Below, one piece after another: positions 1-13,810 of a DNA stretch of 64,000 nt (position 1 is the stretch's first letter; each line of letters starts with the position of its first letter). A program made the translations under genes and the position numbers. The stretch spans positions 1 to 64,000 of the forward strand of contig JAQGDQ010000639.1 in the NCBI GenBank assembly GCA_030141605.1. The letters are read 5' to 3'. The notes beneath the pieces were generated by a model. It saw only the letters and a list, made by a program, of their open reading frames with translations, was not told where the DNA came from and made no database searches. The stretch comes from Tubiluchus corallicola. Its lineage: Eukaryota > Animalia > Priapulida.

Positions 1-364
1 TTAGAAACATTATTTAGTTCAGTTTAACTTGCGAAATTATTAATTTCTCCAGAAGTTTGGGAGGCAGAAATTTTGCAAAATCGGAGACGACATCTCTCCC
101 CTGCTTCCCAAGTACTGCGCCACACGCGCGAATGTAGTGCGGTTCAGCACGGTAAAGAGTTACAGTAAGAATCAATTGACAAGCTTAAAAAATGTTGAAC
201 GATAAATTTTGAGCTCGTAAAAATTGTTTGTCTGAAAATTCTTTCACTGCTTCGTCTACTACCCGTAGTAACCGGCTAAAGAACGGGTTAAGATGATGGG
301 AAATTTTCACACGTTTCGTAAATTCGCGTTTTCTGCACTGCTTCAAAAAATTAATAATTTTGCA

Positions 365-654
<290 letters not shown>

Positions 655-2081
655 GAATTGTTCTATTATAATATTTGTAATTAGTGCCAACAGGTGGCAG
701 TATAATGCACGCAAACAAGGCAAAAGGTGTTATTGTTTTAGATGTAATAGCTGCACCTAATGAAAATACCTATGCAAGGAAAGAAATGAAGCATGAAATT
801 TGATCTGAAAGACCATTTGTTCCGAATAAAGAATGGTCTAAAATTTTGAAAACTACAATAGCTTTTTTTAAATCAAAGTTATTGTAGTAATAATTACCTC
901 GGATACTCAAATTTCGTTAAACTTCAAAGCTACGCGCAGCTCAGAGAAACTACTAAGATTGGTAACGGTGCCTTTTTGTGACATTCGTATGGCCGACAAA
1001 TAGAAGGCGGTGCCGTGATAACCATGACCATGAACTGCTGTGTTAGTTTCTGACGTCATATGATGTATCATATGACGTCATTCTTCGTGGCATCATGCGC
1101 TTAAACAGTGCTGTAACTTTTACGCAAACGTGCTTGACGAGCAAGGGAAGACGCCTGCCATTGCACAAACTGTGGTTAGTTCGTGGCGTAAGCAATAGCT
1201 GTGTTCGGTTGCCATTAATTAACTTTCTTAGCTAATTATTCAAATATAAGAAACAATTGCTAACTTTTATAGGCAAAATAATGTAGATTTTGGACAGCAA
1301 ATTAAAATGAGATCGAATCTAAACAATCATCCGGTTTTCTTTTAACATGTACACATCACCACAATTCTGGCTGCATTAGACTTAATCCTAAATAAACGTC
1401 AATAACAAATAATAATAAACAAGTAAATAATGAACAAAAATAACCAACAAATAAATATATAATAACAGTAACATTTCTTCAGAAGTTACTGCAAAGTCAC
1501 GTATCAAATAGCCATTCCCCCTTTCTGACGTCACCGATGTTCTGCTTACGTAATATGGCTGCCGCAAGACGATTCCGTATTACTCAAGAGATTTTTTAGC
1601 AAATTATCAAAAAATAGGCCAAATGCTCTACACCGCGCGGCGTGTAACACAATTACATCAACCTACTAGACAGAGACTTCATGCCCTTAACAAAGAAATT
1701 ACAAAATCTATCCGCTAGAGGGAGGCAGAGTGAAGAAAGTGAAGAAATCTTTTCCTAACACCAATTTGCTGGGTTTCTTTGCATTTTAATTGGTTTTCTA
1801 TTTACATAAAGCACGTAGCTAGACAATCTATTCCAGGTATGGCATCACCTACCGACTCGCAACACTCTGGGTAACGCGCATGCCACCCACCACCTACACC
1901 TGTGCTTATAACCCTTTCCCTTTAACGCCCCGCTGAGTCACCGCTCGATTATGCTCGTGGTGAAAGGGTTGAATCTACGTAATTATGTCGCGGTAATAAA
2001 ATGACCTGAATCTGAATCCGCAGAGACTTACACTATAACCACCTATATAGGATTGTTATGAGTTTTCATGAGGTTTTGTTA

Positions 2082-2353
2082 AAGGAAAGAACAAGTCACT
2101 CAGCATGTTGGGTTTATTTTACTGTTATCACTTAAACTGTTTGTGGTGAGCTAAAGGAAGGAACAAGTCACTCAGCATGTTGGCTTTATTTTACTGTTAT
2201 CACTTAAACTGTTTGTGGTGTGCTAAAGGAAAAGACAAGTCACTCAGCATGTTGGGTTTATTTCACTGTTATCACTTAAACTGTTTGTGGTGTGCTAAAG
2301 GAAAAGACAAGTCATTCAGCATGTTTGGTTTATTTCACTGTTATCACTTAAAC
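2082..2353. repeat. 60-bp tandem repeat (about 4.5 copies), part of a dispersed element
   Basis: Unit aaaggaaaagacaagtcactcagcatgttgggtttattttactgttatcacttaaactg...; reverse-complement arrays at about 18250-18595 and 24530-24660. Confidence 0.9.
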
Positions 2354-2642
2354 TTAGAAAAATGTAACAAAGAAATTTGCAAAAAACTGCCTATAAAGCA
2401 TAAATTTAAAATACGCTGCCTCTGTCGGGCGTGGCGGTTGCCGCCATTCACTTGAAAATCATGACGTAACTGTGAGAATTCGTGATTTTTCGCAAGCGCA
2501 TCGTGGCTTTCCGTAATCGTGCGCTGCTTAAACTACCGTAATTCAAGCTTTCTGCAGCTTACCTAATGTTTGCGCAAACATAATATTACAAAATTAGCTA
2601 TCTAATTACTTTGTAAAAACGTATTATACTTTTGATACAGAT

Positions 2643-3452
2643 TTTGACAGTGCGCTACTTCTGTTCAGGACGAATGACGTCATTGGAGGAAGAATGGACA
2701 TTAAAAATGGAAGCGCCCAAGCATGAAGTGATCGCGACTTTAACGTGATTTTACAAATTACGCGAGGCGCTTATTGCAGTTTCATTACTAAATCCTTCTA
2801 ACACTTCTGACAGTGGCTACTTTTGCTCAGGACGAATGACGTCATTAGAGGAAGAATGGACATTGAAAATGGAAGCGCCCAAGCATGAAGTGATCGCGAC
2901 TTTAACGTGATTTTACAAATTACACGAGGCGCTTATTGCAGTTTTATTACTAAATCCTCCTTACACTTCTGACAGTGGCTACTTTTGTTCAGGACGAATG
3001 ACGTCATTGGAGGAAGAATGGACATTAAAAATGGAAGCGCCCAAGCATGAAGTGATCGCGACTTTAACGTGATTTTACAAATTACGCGAGGCGCTTATTG
3101 CAGTTTCATTACTAAATCCTTCTAACACTTCTGACAGTGGCTACTTTTGCTCAGGACGAATGACGTCATTAGAGGAAGAATGGACATTGAAAATGGAAGC
3201 GCCCAAGCATGAAGTGATCGCGACTTTAACGTGATTTTACAAATTACACGAGGCGCTTATTGCAGTTTTATTACTAAATCCTCCTTACACTTCTGACAGT
3301 GGCTACTTTTGTTCAGGACGAATGACGTCATTGGAGGAAGAATGGACATTAAAAATGGAAGCGCCCAAGCATGAAGTGATCGCGACTTTAACGTGATTTT
3401 ACAAATTACACGAGGAGCTTATTGCAGTTTTATTACTAAATCTTTCTAACAC
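2643..3452. repeat. About 162-bp tandem repeat, 5 copies
   Basis: tgacagtggctac...ggacgaatgacgtcattggaggaagaatggac recurs at about 2645, 2809, 2970, 3132, 3294. Confidence 0.92.
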
Positions 3453-5949
3453 TTTTCGGGAACATTGAAATAAGCCTGACTTCCCAGAACGCTTGGCCTT
3501 TCCCTTTAATATTCAGGCTATGCGACCTTTCGCAGCTGCTGAGGTGTGATAGCACTCTAAGCATCTCTGTTTTCATTGATTAATGATTGATCCTTGTTCA
3601 GGGGTGACACGTTATTTTGAACCCCTTAACTCTAGACGGCGCATGTATAATGAAACGTGCATTACTGGCCGTGGAGCGTCATGAAAAAAAATACAGGAAC
3701 GGAATTTTACAATGAAATAATGAGAGTTGTTCTGCCCTAGAATGAAGAAATATATCTATTGTATTTTCCCAAAGAAATGCACAGAGTTTAAGATGCTTAA
3801 TATCTGTTTTAACCTCACATGTAACCTTAATACTTGTTTTAGACCATATAACTTGGACGAGTAAGTTGGATGTCATAATAACATATCTTACTCTCACTTA
3901 ATTGGACATATTCACGTTGCTTACTAATCTTGTTAATTAATGTTATTTTGCTTGAATAACTAAGTAAATAAATAAATAAATGTATAATAATAATAACAAC
4001 AACAACAACAATAATAATAATAATAACGGTTTTACAGAAGATACGCTAAAGGCAAGTATCAAAAAGCCATTTTCCCATTCTGACGTCAAGTTACTAAACT
4101 TGCTGCCAGTAACTAAATTTTGTAAACAAACTTGCTAAAAAAGAAGGGAAATGAGAAAAAGATGGAACAAAGTCTGGTTTGAACCGCAAGCTTTTTCTTA
4201 CAAGGCATTTACCATGATTGCTAGACTAACATGCCGAATCATCAATTTTTCTAGTCTATCGATAAAAATTATCTTACCGATTGCTTAACATTTTCCTATT
4301 TTAATAAGGAAATTAAATTATTAATAAGTATCTTGAAGTTAAGATTATGAAAAATTATATTCATATTGCTGCATAAATAAACTCTTATCTATTAGTTACA
4401 CAATTTTAGATAACCACCAATGCTAAAATCATAACTGCATTACGCTTAAGAAACATTTTTGCAATGCGTTTACGCGACGTTTTTTTCATTGAGAGGCCTT
4501 AGAGATGTAGAATTGATTGTTTTCCTTGGTAGGCATTATCCTGTTGTCGCATGGAAACAAGCCTTTCTTACAGTAACTACCTCCAAGAAGTTAGTCAAAT
4601 AATTTTAGAAGAGACGTGGTTCCAGAATTGATCCTAGATGAACCCCAGAAATTGACAATTCAATACTACCCCGACTTGCATCTTTTCTAATGGCATAAGA
4701 CACCTACAGCACGGATAAATGCATGAGCAGTTAATTTGTAAAACGTGACCAAGTTCAGTCACTTATCAAAAAGTGTTCATAAAAGTTTAGAAACCCGTCG
4801 TGCGAATATGCTGTCTTATATAAGATCTATAAAACTGATTAACGGCAGTTATGTGTCTCTATGGTGCCCATGTGCTTACATAATAGCCTCTTATGTAAAC
4901 ACAGAAACACCATGGAGTCTTATAATTGCCTAACAGGTACGTTTGAGGTGATATTAGCTTTTTATGTAATGGCTTATTGGAGACATTCATAATAAGAGCT
5001 ATTTTCTTTTATATGTAAAAGCGAATGTAGTTCAAAATTGCGGATAAACTTATTACTTAGCTACCTAGCGTCGTTGTGGCAAACCGTTCAACTGAAATAG
5101 CATAAAGATATTGATAAGTAATTCTTGCTAGACTCTCCACCTTTATAAAGAGCAAACGTGCCAATAGATTAATTTTAGCAATTCGTATCGAGAACAACAC
5201 GTATTCCAAGTGTAACAGTAAATTCTAGTTGGAAGAGGCATTCTAAGTTTCTTACAAGTAAAAATTTATGCACGCGGACAGGTGCTTAATGACAAAAAAA
5301 TCGTTAAGACGAACCAGTGAAGAGAAACATAAAATTCTATGGACTGGCTGGAAGCAAACGTGATCATAATTCGACATTTGGCTGTATTTGAAATCAGACT
5401 TTGATGCCACTTCACTGTGTAACAAATCCTACTACACACCTCGGTAAAAAGTCAGTTCTGTAGTCAGATAATTTTATAACAGTCGTGGTGACAAAACAGA
5501 ACCTTGATCAACGCCCGAAATTCTGAATTCTTTTGACGCCTGGACAAAAATTAAGTTTTTTTTACCAAGTTGAGTTATCTAGAACTAAAACCATAGTTCA
5601 AATGTACGACAACTTCACCAAGTGTCTGTAATGGCCTCGAAATTTGGAACAAATCGTTTCTCATATATGTGGGTACGTTGAACTTCTGAAAGGCGTAAAT
5701 AACGTACATCGTTTTCGAAACTAGCTATTACTGTACGATGATTATAATTTTCGGGCTGTCGACGTATTTTATTTGTATGATTACCAGTTTTATACAACTA
5801 TAAATTTCAAGTTAGGCAAGTATTGTTGCTAGAATAGACTATTTGGAATGTAAGTCTGCACAATAGAATAAGAAATACAGTCCAAGATGTAAATCGCCTT
5901 CAGTGTGTGAAAAAGAGAATTAGAGAAAGAAAAATAGAAAAATGGAGCT

Positions 5950-6089
5950 AGAAGGGAGACGATGAGGTAGAAGGAGAAAGAGTGGAGAGAGACAGACATA
6001 GAGAGAGTGAGAGAGAGAGAGAGAGGGAGAAAAAGAGAGAGAGAAAGAGAGAGACAGAGAAAGACAGAGAGAGAGAGTGAGGGTGAGAG

Positions 6090-6153
<64 letters not shown>

Positions 6154-6195
6154 TGAGGGTGAGAGATAGAGAGAGAGTGTGTGTGTGACGGAGAC

Positions 6196-6233
<38 letters not shown>

Positions 6234-6330
6234 CGTGAGGGAGAGAGAGAGAACAAGAGAGAGGGAGCGAAAGACAAAGTGAGAGTGAGAGAGAGAGAGA
6301 GTGAGGGAGAGAGAGAAAGAGACAGAGAAT
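5950..6330. repeat. Degenerate (GA)n microsatellite; similar tracts at 8310-8670, 10700-11015, 12125-12505, 40827-41048, 41610-41764
   Basis: Directly visible purine tracts. Confidence 0.95.
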
Positions 6331-7317
6331 GACGTGTATTAATTTTTTCTTTTTGCAATTTCTTACAATGTGATGTCACGTAGAATCTTTAATCTGCATT
6401 TACTAAACGCAAATTTATTTTATCGGTGTTATTTAAAAATCTTAATCGATTATTACCAAAAATTAAAAAGGTCTTTCCGACCGTCCGCAAAATTTCGCGT
6501 GAGTCGATTTTTGGAAAGTAGTTTTTGCTCAAACCTGTCCGCAGACAAAACAGACAAACAAACAAACAAACAGACGACAGAGAACACATTTATAAATTTC
6601 GTTGGTGGAGGTAATAATCCTGCTGTTATAGCAGCTAACATCATTCACATGTGACCCGAGATTGATGACTCGGTGATGATGAAGCACCTTACAATGCAAT
6701 AACTGTGCGAGAGTTACAAAGGCGTAGAGGCGCCGTGAGACCGTGTGAATAATAACCTACAGTCCACTGAGCCTATTGTAGAATAAAAAAGACGTGCCAG
6801 TGAAACAGGCGACAATGGTCTCTTACCTTTGCTATAAATCCAACAAACATAGAATATATATATGTGGCCGTTCGATGTCATGTCGTAGATTTATGCTTCT
6901 GCGCCATCTGTTGGCAAAAAAAACAAATCACGACTGGACGAGTTAGTTTAGTTTAAACGTAATTTATTATAGGATTGGATCAGACAGTTTGAACAACATG
7001 ATTTACGATCCTCACCACAACAGACTTTATACACTATTTACAAAGACATTTACAGTAAGAATAAACTATACCTACACAAGTTGACAAGTTTTACTACAAG
7101 ATTACATTAGATATTAGTAGAAAATGACGGTGAGAAAATATTAATGTACGATTATTTAAGACTGATGCATTTCATATCAGATAGAAACTATTGGAAGCGT
7201 TCAGTAGGTAGTATAATGTCATGTGTGCATTGGAACATTTTACAGTTAGCAACATAGTTAAATATCGCTGTTTCGGTTTTGATGTAGCCTCACGTTCGCC
7301 TATAATGGAGTAAGTCC

Positions 7318-7640
7318 TGTGGCATCATCTTCGGGAATTATCTTTAACTGAAACAGAATTTCAAAAATTACTAAAGATAGATCGGTGACACCATCTTCTG
7401 CATCTATTTTTGAACCAAAAGAAAGTTAACACATTCTTGACTTTCGAAACAATACCTGTGGCACCATCTTTGGGAACTATTTTGAACTAAATGTGTCTAG
7501 CAAAATTCTAAAAAAGTTTAAAGCAGATTTGTGGCACCATCTTCGGGGTCTATTTTTTAGCTAAAGAACCTTGTGTAGTCTTAAATAGCGAAGTAAAGCC
7601 TTTGGCGCCATCTTTTGGAATTGTTTATAACCAAAAGAAT
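7318..7640. repeat. Degenerate about 70-bp tandem repeat (5 copies) in the last COUP-TF intron
   Basis: gtggcaccatcttcggg-like core at about 7318, 7385, 7458, 7530, 7602. Confidence 0.6.
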
Positions 7641-7692
7641 CTAGTACAATTTTAAATAACGAAGTAAGACCATTGTTTTTTTTCCTTTGCAG

Positions 7693-7973
7693 ATGCATGT
7701 GGTTTATCTGATCCAGGACACATAGAGAACCTTCAAGAGAAGTCTCAGTCGGCGTTGGAGGAGTACTGTCGCACGCAGTACCCCAACCAGCCTACCCGGT
7801 TTGGGCGCCTCCTCTTGCGTCTGCCCTCTCTCCGGACGGTTAGCTCCTCTGTGATAGAACAGCTGTTTTTTGTTCGTCTGGTGGGAAAAACGCCAATAGA
7901 GACGCTCATCAGAGATATGTTACTAAGTGGAACCAGCTTCTCCTGGCCGTACACGACCATAGGCATGCAGTAG
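7693..7973 (+). CDS. NR2F: Terminal coding exon of COUP-TF / seven-up (NR2F nuclear receptor, C-terminal ligand-binding domain)
   Basis: Polypyrimidine tract and AG at 7691-7692, then (D)[86 protein letters not shown]...*, nearly identical to the COUP-TF C-terminus. No upstream exons were recognised in the window. Confidence 0.96.
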
Positions 7974-8307
7974 AAGAGAAGCCTTTGTAAGTTAGAGAAA
8001 CCTGGTGAACGGCCCTCGCATTGTCCTGAGTTTGTTTGCAGTGGCAGAGCTCGTCAAAGGGTTGAATTTTGACAGGAGACTGCCTTCTCCGAGACCATCT
8101 TCTGGGAGACGCAAGAGGACGTGCAGTAGGAGAGCCTTAAATCATCATAAAATGGTTTGGAGAGTCTTGAGTCAACCCACCCCGCCGTGGTTGACCGCTG
8201 GTCATCAAAGCCAACAGATATTTAATTAGAAAACACCAAAGCAAAGCTGTTGGAACAATGTGTTCAGAATAATGCAAGGTGGTCTTATTGTAGAGTAACA
8301 GTAGGGT

Positions 8308-8372
<65 letters not shown>

Positions 8373-8404
8373 AAGTAGAGAAAGTAAGAGAGAAAGGCAG
8401 AGAG

Positions 8405-8522
<118 letters not shown>

Positions 8523-8543
8523 AAGACAGAGAGAGAGAGAAAT

Positions 8544-8654
<111 letters not shown>

Positions 8655-9929
8655 AAGAGTGAGAGTGAGAAGATTACATCAATGGAAAAAAACATGAACA
8701 TTGAACAAGGTGGCATCGGTATTGAACTTAAAATCAATTACCCTGTAACACTTTATTTGTTGGAGACATTTTTTACCTGAATGAAAAACAAAACCGTTTT
8801 GTAACACTAGCCTCATTTTCATTACTGAGCTCTTTTATGGTGAAAGTTAAGCCATGTTTTACTTGATCACACATAATTAGATTGATGATTTGTGGTAAAG
8901 TTAGCTGATTACGCAACTACTGATTATGGCAAACTAACTCGAAAACAAAAAACTAGGTATTTTTCTCGTCTAGACTCACTTCAAATTATCACCCTTCGCT
9001 AAGTTGAGTATCTTTGTACTTAAAATGAACAACCCAGTTCTAGTGTCAGTAGGATCAATAATGAGTTTTTTTGCTGAGCCAATAATGCAAACTGGGATGG
9101 TAATTCAGTGACATTTAACCACTTAGCTAGAATATTTCAAATTATTACGAATTTTCTTTTCCAAATATGTAAGTTTTTGGAAACAGGTAAAGTGTAGGGT
9201 TAAGTAATACAGCCGTCAAGTAAACTTTCTTAGAACTTACTTTAAAATTACATCTTCAATCCTTTAATCATTTTGAAAAACTTGAATTAATAATGACGGT
9301 TTTATGTTGGAAGCACAGAAAAAGTTTCCAGTGCTTCCAACATAAAATGGATGTCTGTAATTACATTTTAATGTATGTTTCGAAAATATGTACAACGTAT
9401 TGTGTTACTGCTATTGAACCTATTCAGTGTACTGAGAATGAGAACTAAGCAGATATGTCAACTTATTAGTCTTGCGAGTAACCACTTTCAGTGTGAATAT
9501 GCTACCCCATTTTACAGTATGCCTTGCATTGTACTGAACGCAAAACGTTTCACTATCAGCAATTTTATTTCTTGCCAGTAGAAGTAGATGGCGCTACAGA
9601 CGATAGAAGTAGATAGAAGATTTTGTAACATGCGGTCTCGTGACTGATTTTGCATAAAGTTAACCCTGACCGGGTCACACAGGTCACAACGACCGGATCA
9701 CGGCTTTATAATTGATATCGAAGTTTTTATAACAATGTAAATGTAAGCTTATTATCATGTATCATATCAGTTTAATGTGAATCAGGGACTTGGTGGCAGT
9801 CATGCAACGATGAGTGTAATTTTTGTGCCACTCGAATTTTCGGCCCTCCCCCACCACCCGTTGAAAACAAACGCAAAACAATTGCTGCTTATACGCAGTG
9901 CGAAATACACGCAGTTGATGCGCAGAATA

Positions 9930-10050
9930 GTGGTTGTGCCACAAGGATCCATCCTAGGGCCGCTGCTTTTTCTTGTTTATGGTAATGATCCAAATTTTAT
10001 AACTGATATTTCAAAGCAGTGATCTCACGTGTATTTGCTGATGACAAGTA
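9930..10050 (+). mobile_element. Small degenerate non-LTR retrotransposon RT fragment (CR1/L2-like)
   Basis: VPQGSILGPLLFLVYGND followed, after a disruption, by FADD-like coding (tttgctgatgac). Confidence 0.75.
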
Positions 10051-10831
10051 CTTGTCTCACGTCCACTACATTATTTACATCCAGTAGTAAATAAAAAGTA
10101 AATAGTAGTTACAAAAACAGGAGTAATAAAGGACTACCAAAAAGTAATAAATCACCAGTTAAGAGCAGTTAGTGAAGAGAAAGAATTCTTTCTTAATTGA
10201 ACAGCAGAATCTTTCTTCTTCGAATCTGATTTGTACTGAATGCATGTTTTGTACAATGTACAGAAGCAATTAGGCACCAAAGTCTGTATGCCTGCCTGGG
10301 CCTGCGATAATGGTAGGTTCATGGCAGGTGTCGGACGAGCCTCGAAACCTCATTTTCATGCAACCTGTCGTCGACTTACGATTAGGTCCGTTTCCGGCAG
10401 ACCAAATTTTTGTGCCTTGCCCCCCCCCCCACTTTTTGGTGGCTCCTCGTTGCGGTTTGATTGTCATGAAATACCTGCTGTGACTTGTCCAAAGTTTATT
10501 CATATCTCTTAAGACCGTGTGGCCTGACAAAGCTCTTGTGATATAAAAAGTTTACAGTCATACATAGTTTTGAAATCAAGAAAAGCAGGGATTGTTTTAG
10601 ACATTATTCTCTATTGAAAGAGTTATTCATTTTGTACCCAGTGTTAGCATACGACATGTTTTGAAAAGTAAAGCACAGATCACACTGCAGAACTACTGAA
10701 AAAGAGAGAGGGGGAAAGAGAGAAAGAGAGTGAGAGAGAGAAAGAGAGAGAGAAAAAGCCACAGTAGGAGGGAGAAAAAACAGGAAGATTAAAAAATAGA
10801 GAAAGAGAAAGAAAGGGAGAGAGGGAAATAG

Positions 10832-10862
<31 letters not shown>

Positions 10863-12989
10863 GAGATAGACACACACGCATGCACGCACACGCGCACGCG
10901 CACGCGCACGCGCACACGCACACGCACACACACACACACACACACACAGAGAAAGAGAGAGAGAGAGGAAGAGAGAGACAGAGAGAGAGAGAGAGAGGGG
11001 GGAAGAGGAAGAGAGTTGCATATTTGAAATGTATTTAAACTTATTTTGTACAAAAGACATGTCGAAATGCAGATGTGTTGTTGCTGTGCTTTACTTTTGA
11101 ACGCATAAACAACTACTTTAACGATAAAATTTAGATGTATTAGATTTTATTATTGTTTGAAACCACATTACGGAATTTTCAGTAAAGATGTGAAGTAGGT
11201 TTTTTACTACAACATGACGTATTACGAGGTTTGAAGAATCGCACGATTATTTAAATGTTTCTGCTCTATAGATAATTTTAATATAATATTCGTTTGCAAA
11301 CATTGAAGGTAGGTCTATAATAGTTAAATATTGACAGTTTCATTTTAGAAGTTTCAGCTTCGATTTTAAGAAGCAGAAGATCAGGCCCACTATAGGCCCT
11401 TGTGTAGAAATATACAAACGTGGTACTCACTAAGCCTACTCGCCACCTACCAGCCAATAATAGTAAACTTCAAGCTTAATTTGAAATAATTTGAAGTCTT
11501 TTTGCACAATGTGTATCAGAAATTTGAGGCATTTGTTGTTGGTATATAATGAACAGAATTTTGTTAATATGGTTGTGTTATTATTAATATTATTATTATT
11601 ATTATTGTATATGAAATGCCTCGTAGATATAGTAACTATAATAGAAAGTAGGTCTAGTTAAAGTATCTTTTTTGCGCTAACGTTTTTTTAATATTTTATG
11701 TCACGTGACACCAACATGTGTGACATCACAAAAAGAAGCCAGCATGTTTTAAAATGCATAATAATTTCCGGTTGCTATAAACATCACAAAAGATTTTTAG
11801 AAGAAATTTTTAAGTAGACAAATATGTTTCTTATATTGTTTTCGGATTGTGTTTATGACGACTCCTATCTAGGAAAAAGCTTAATTGTTTGTTTTGCTTG
11901 TTTATCGTTCGTTGTAATAATCTGATGATTTTTTATTGAGTAATTTATTGCCGAGAAATTTGAAAAGTCGTTTAGTCTGTGGTTTGTCAATGTGCTTCTG
12001 CATTTTATACAGGGCGCAAAATTATAATAAAAATGATCTCTGTATCTTTATGTGTATGCATATCTGTTGTTTGTGTTTCTTTGTACAGCAAACTTATTTT
12101 GCGTTTGATTTAAAACGTCTTTGAAAAATGTGAGAAGAGAAAACGAGAAGAAATGTGAGAAGGGGAAACAGAAGAAGGAAGAGAAAAAGAGAGAAAGAGA
12201 GAGAAAGAGAGAAAGGGAGAGAGAGAGGGACAAAAATAAAGAGACACAGAGAGAGGAGAGAGAGAAGGGAGAAAGAGGGAGAGAGGGTAGGAAAGAGAGA
12301 CAGAAAGAGACAGAGAAAAAGTGAAAGTGGGGGATAGAGACAGTGAGTGAGAGAGAGAGAGAGTTGAGAGACAAAGAGAGAGAGAAAGAGAGAGAGAGGG
12401 ACAAAAATAAAAAGACACAGAGAGAGGAGAGAGAGAGAGAAGGGAGAAAGAGGGGGAGAGAGGAAGCACAGAGAGAGAGGGGAGAGAGAGAGACAAAGAA
12501 AGAAATAACGAAGTGAGAAAAGCAACGTTTACACAAAAAACACAAGCTTACAGTCCTAATTGACCATACACAAGCTGATAATGCTTCTATTTCTAAGATT
12601 AATAGAGAGATCAAAAGAAGCAGTCAATATGTTTATAGCACAATTTACGAAAAACACTGAGCTGACAGAACCGAATGCATCATATTTGGCTAACAAACCA
12701 AATTATGCTAACCGGTTGCCAAAAAAAGGAGAAGAAATTTTAAGGTTTTTTCACGCCAAACTTTGCGAAAGTCATATGAATAAAGAACATCCTATCGCTG
12801 TTATGTTTGTTTTAGCAGAAAGTAGATGCCGCCACCATCCAGTCAATATGCAGGCAAAATACTGTGGTTTGTTGCATGTATTGATAGTCCATTTCCTATT
12901 TGTAAAATTTATATTACACATTGTTAATATCGCTAAAGTAAAGTTTTAAAAACAAGCAAGATGAAACCATATTTTACACAAAACGAACT

Positions 12990-13580
12990 AATTGGTAAAA
13001 AATCATAAAATATGTGTTGATGCCAGAAAACTGTGGAAAAATGAATTGTGCATTCATAAAGGTCTCGCCCAATATCTTTGTAGTACGCATTTCTCCCACC
13101 AGATGTCATTGCTTGGTTGCATTTTACAATAATTGCAAAAACTAAAGTCACAAAAGGTGTGTAGAGGTCAGAAAAGTGTGCAAAAATGAATTGAATTGTG
13201 CATCCACAAATGTCTTATTCAACATCTTCATAGTACGCATTTCACACACCAGGTGGCGCTGATTGATTGCATTTTACAATAATAAGGAGAACTAAAATCA
13301 TAAAAAACATGTAGGGGATAGAAAACTGTGTAAAAATAATTTGTGCGTCCACAAATGTCTTATTAAATATCTTCATAGTACGATTTCACCCACCAGGTGT
13401 CATTGCTTAGTTGCATTTTACAGAAATCAGGAAGCCTAAAAACATTCATAATAAAATGTGTAGCGGTCAGACGACTGTGTAAAAATGAATTGAAAAGTGC
13501 ATTCACGAAAGTCTCATCCAATATCTTCATAGTACGTATTTCACCCACCAGATGTCGTTGCTTGGTTGCATTTTTAATTG
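12990..13580. repeat. About 148-bp tandem repeat, about 4 copies
   Basis: aaaactgtg...tgaattgtgcattcac...catagtacgcatttc...caccagatgtc recurs at about 13027, 13172, 13322, 13472. Confidence 0.8.
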
Positions 13581-13810
13581 AAACTGAATCTTGGAATGTT
13601 CATTGTTTTCCCCGACAAAATTATGTTCATCCCTTTAGTGACATGAGCGTTTATTTTCGTGATAACTTCTCGCACTGCATTTTACCTGTTCCTTATCCTT
13701 GCTTGTTCGTTCACTTCATGAAATTGTTCATTGATTACATTTTGTTCTTGTCGATAAATACTGTGTATCGTACTTTGTTGAGGCATTTGTATGTGCATTG
13801 TTCTTTAATC

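Noticed and set aside
4500-5750. Possible ancient CR1/L2 LINE remnant
   Set aside because: Only faint motif echoes; cannot be supported without a profile search.
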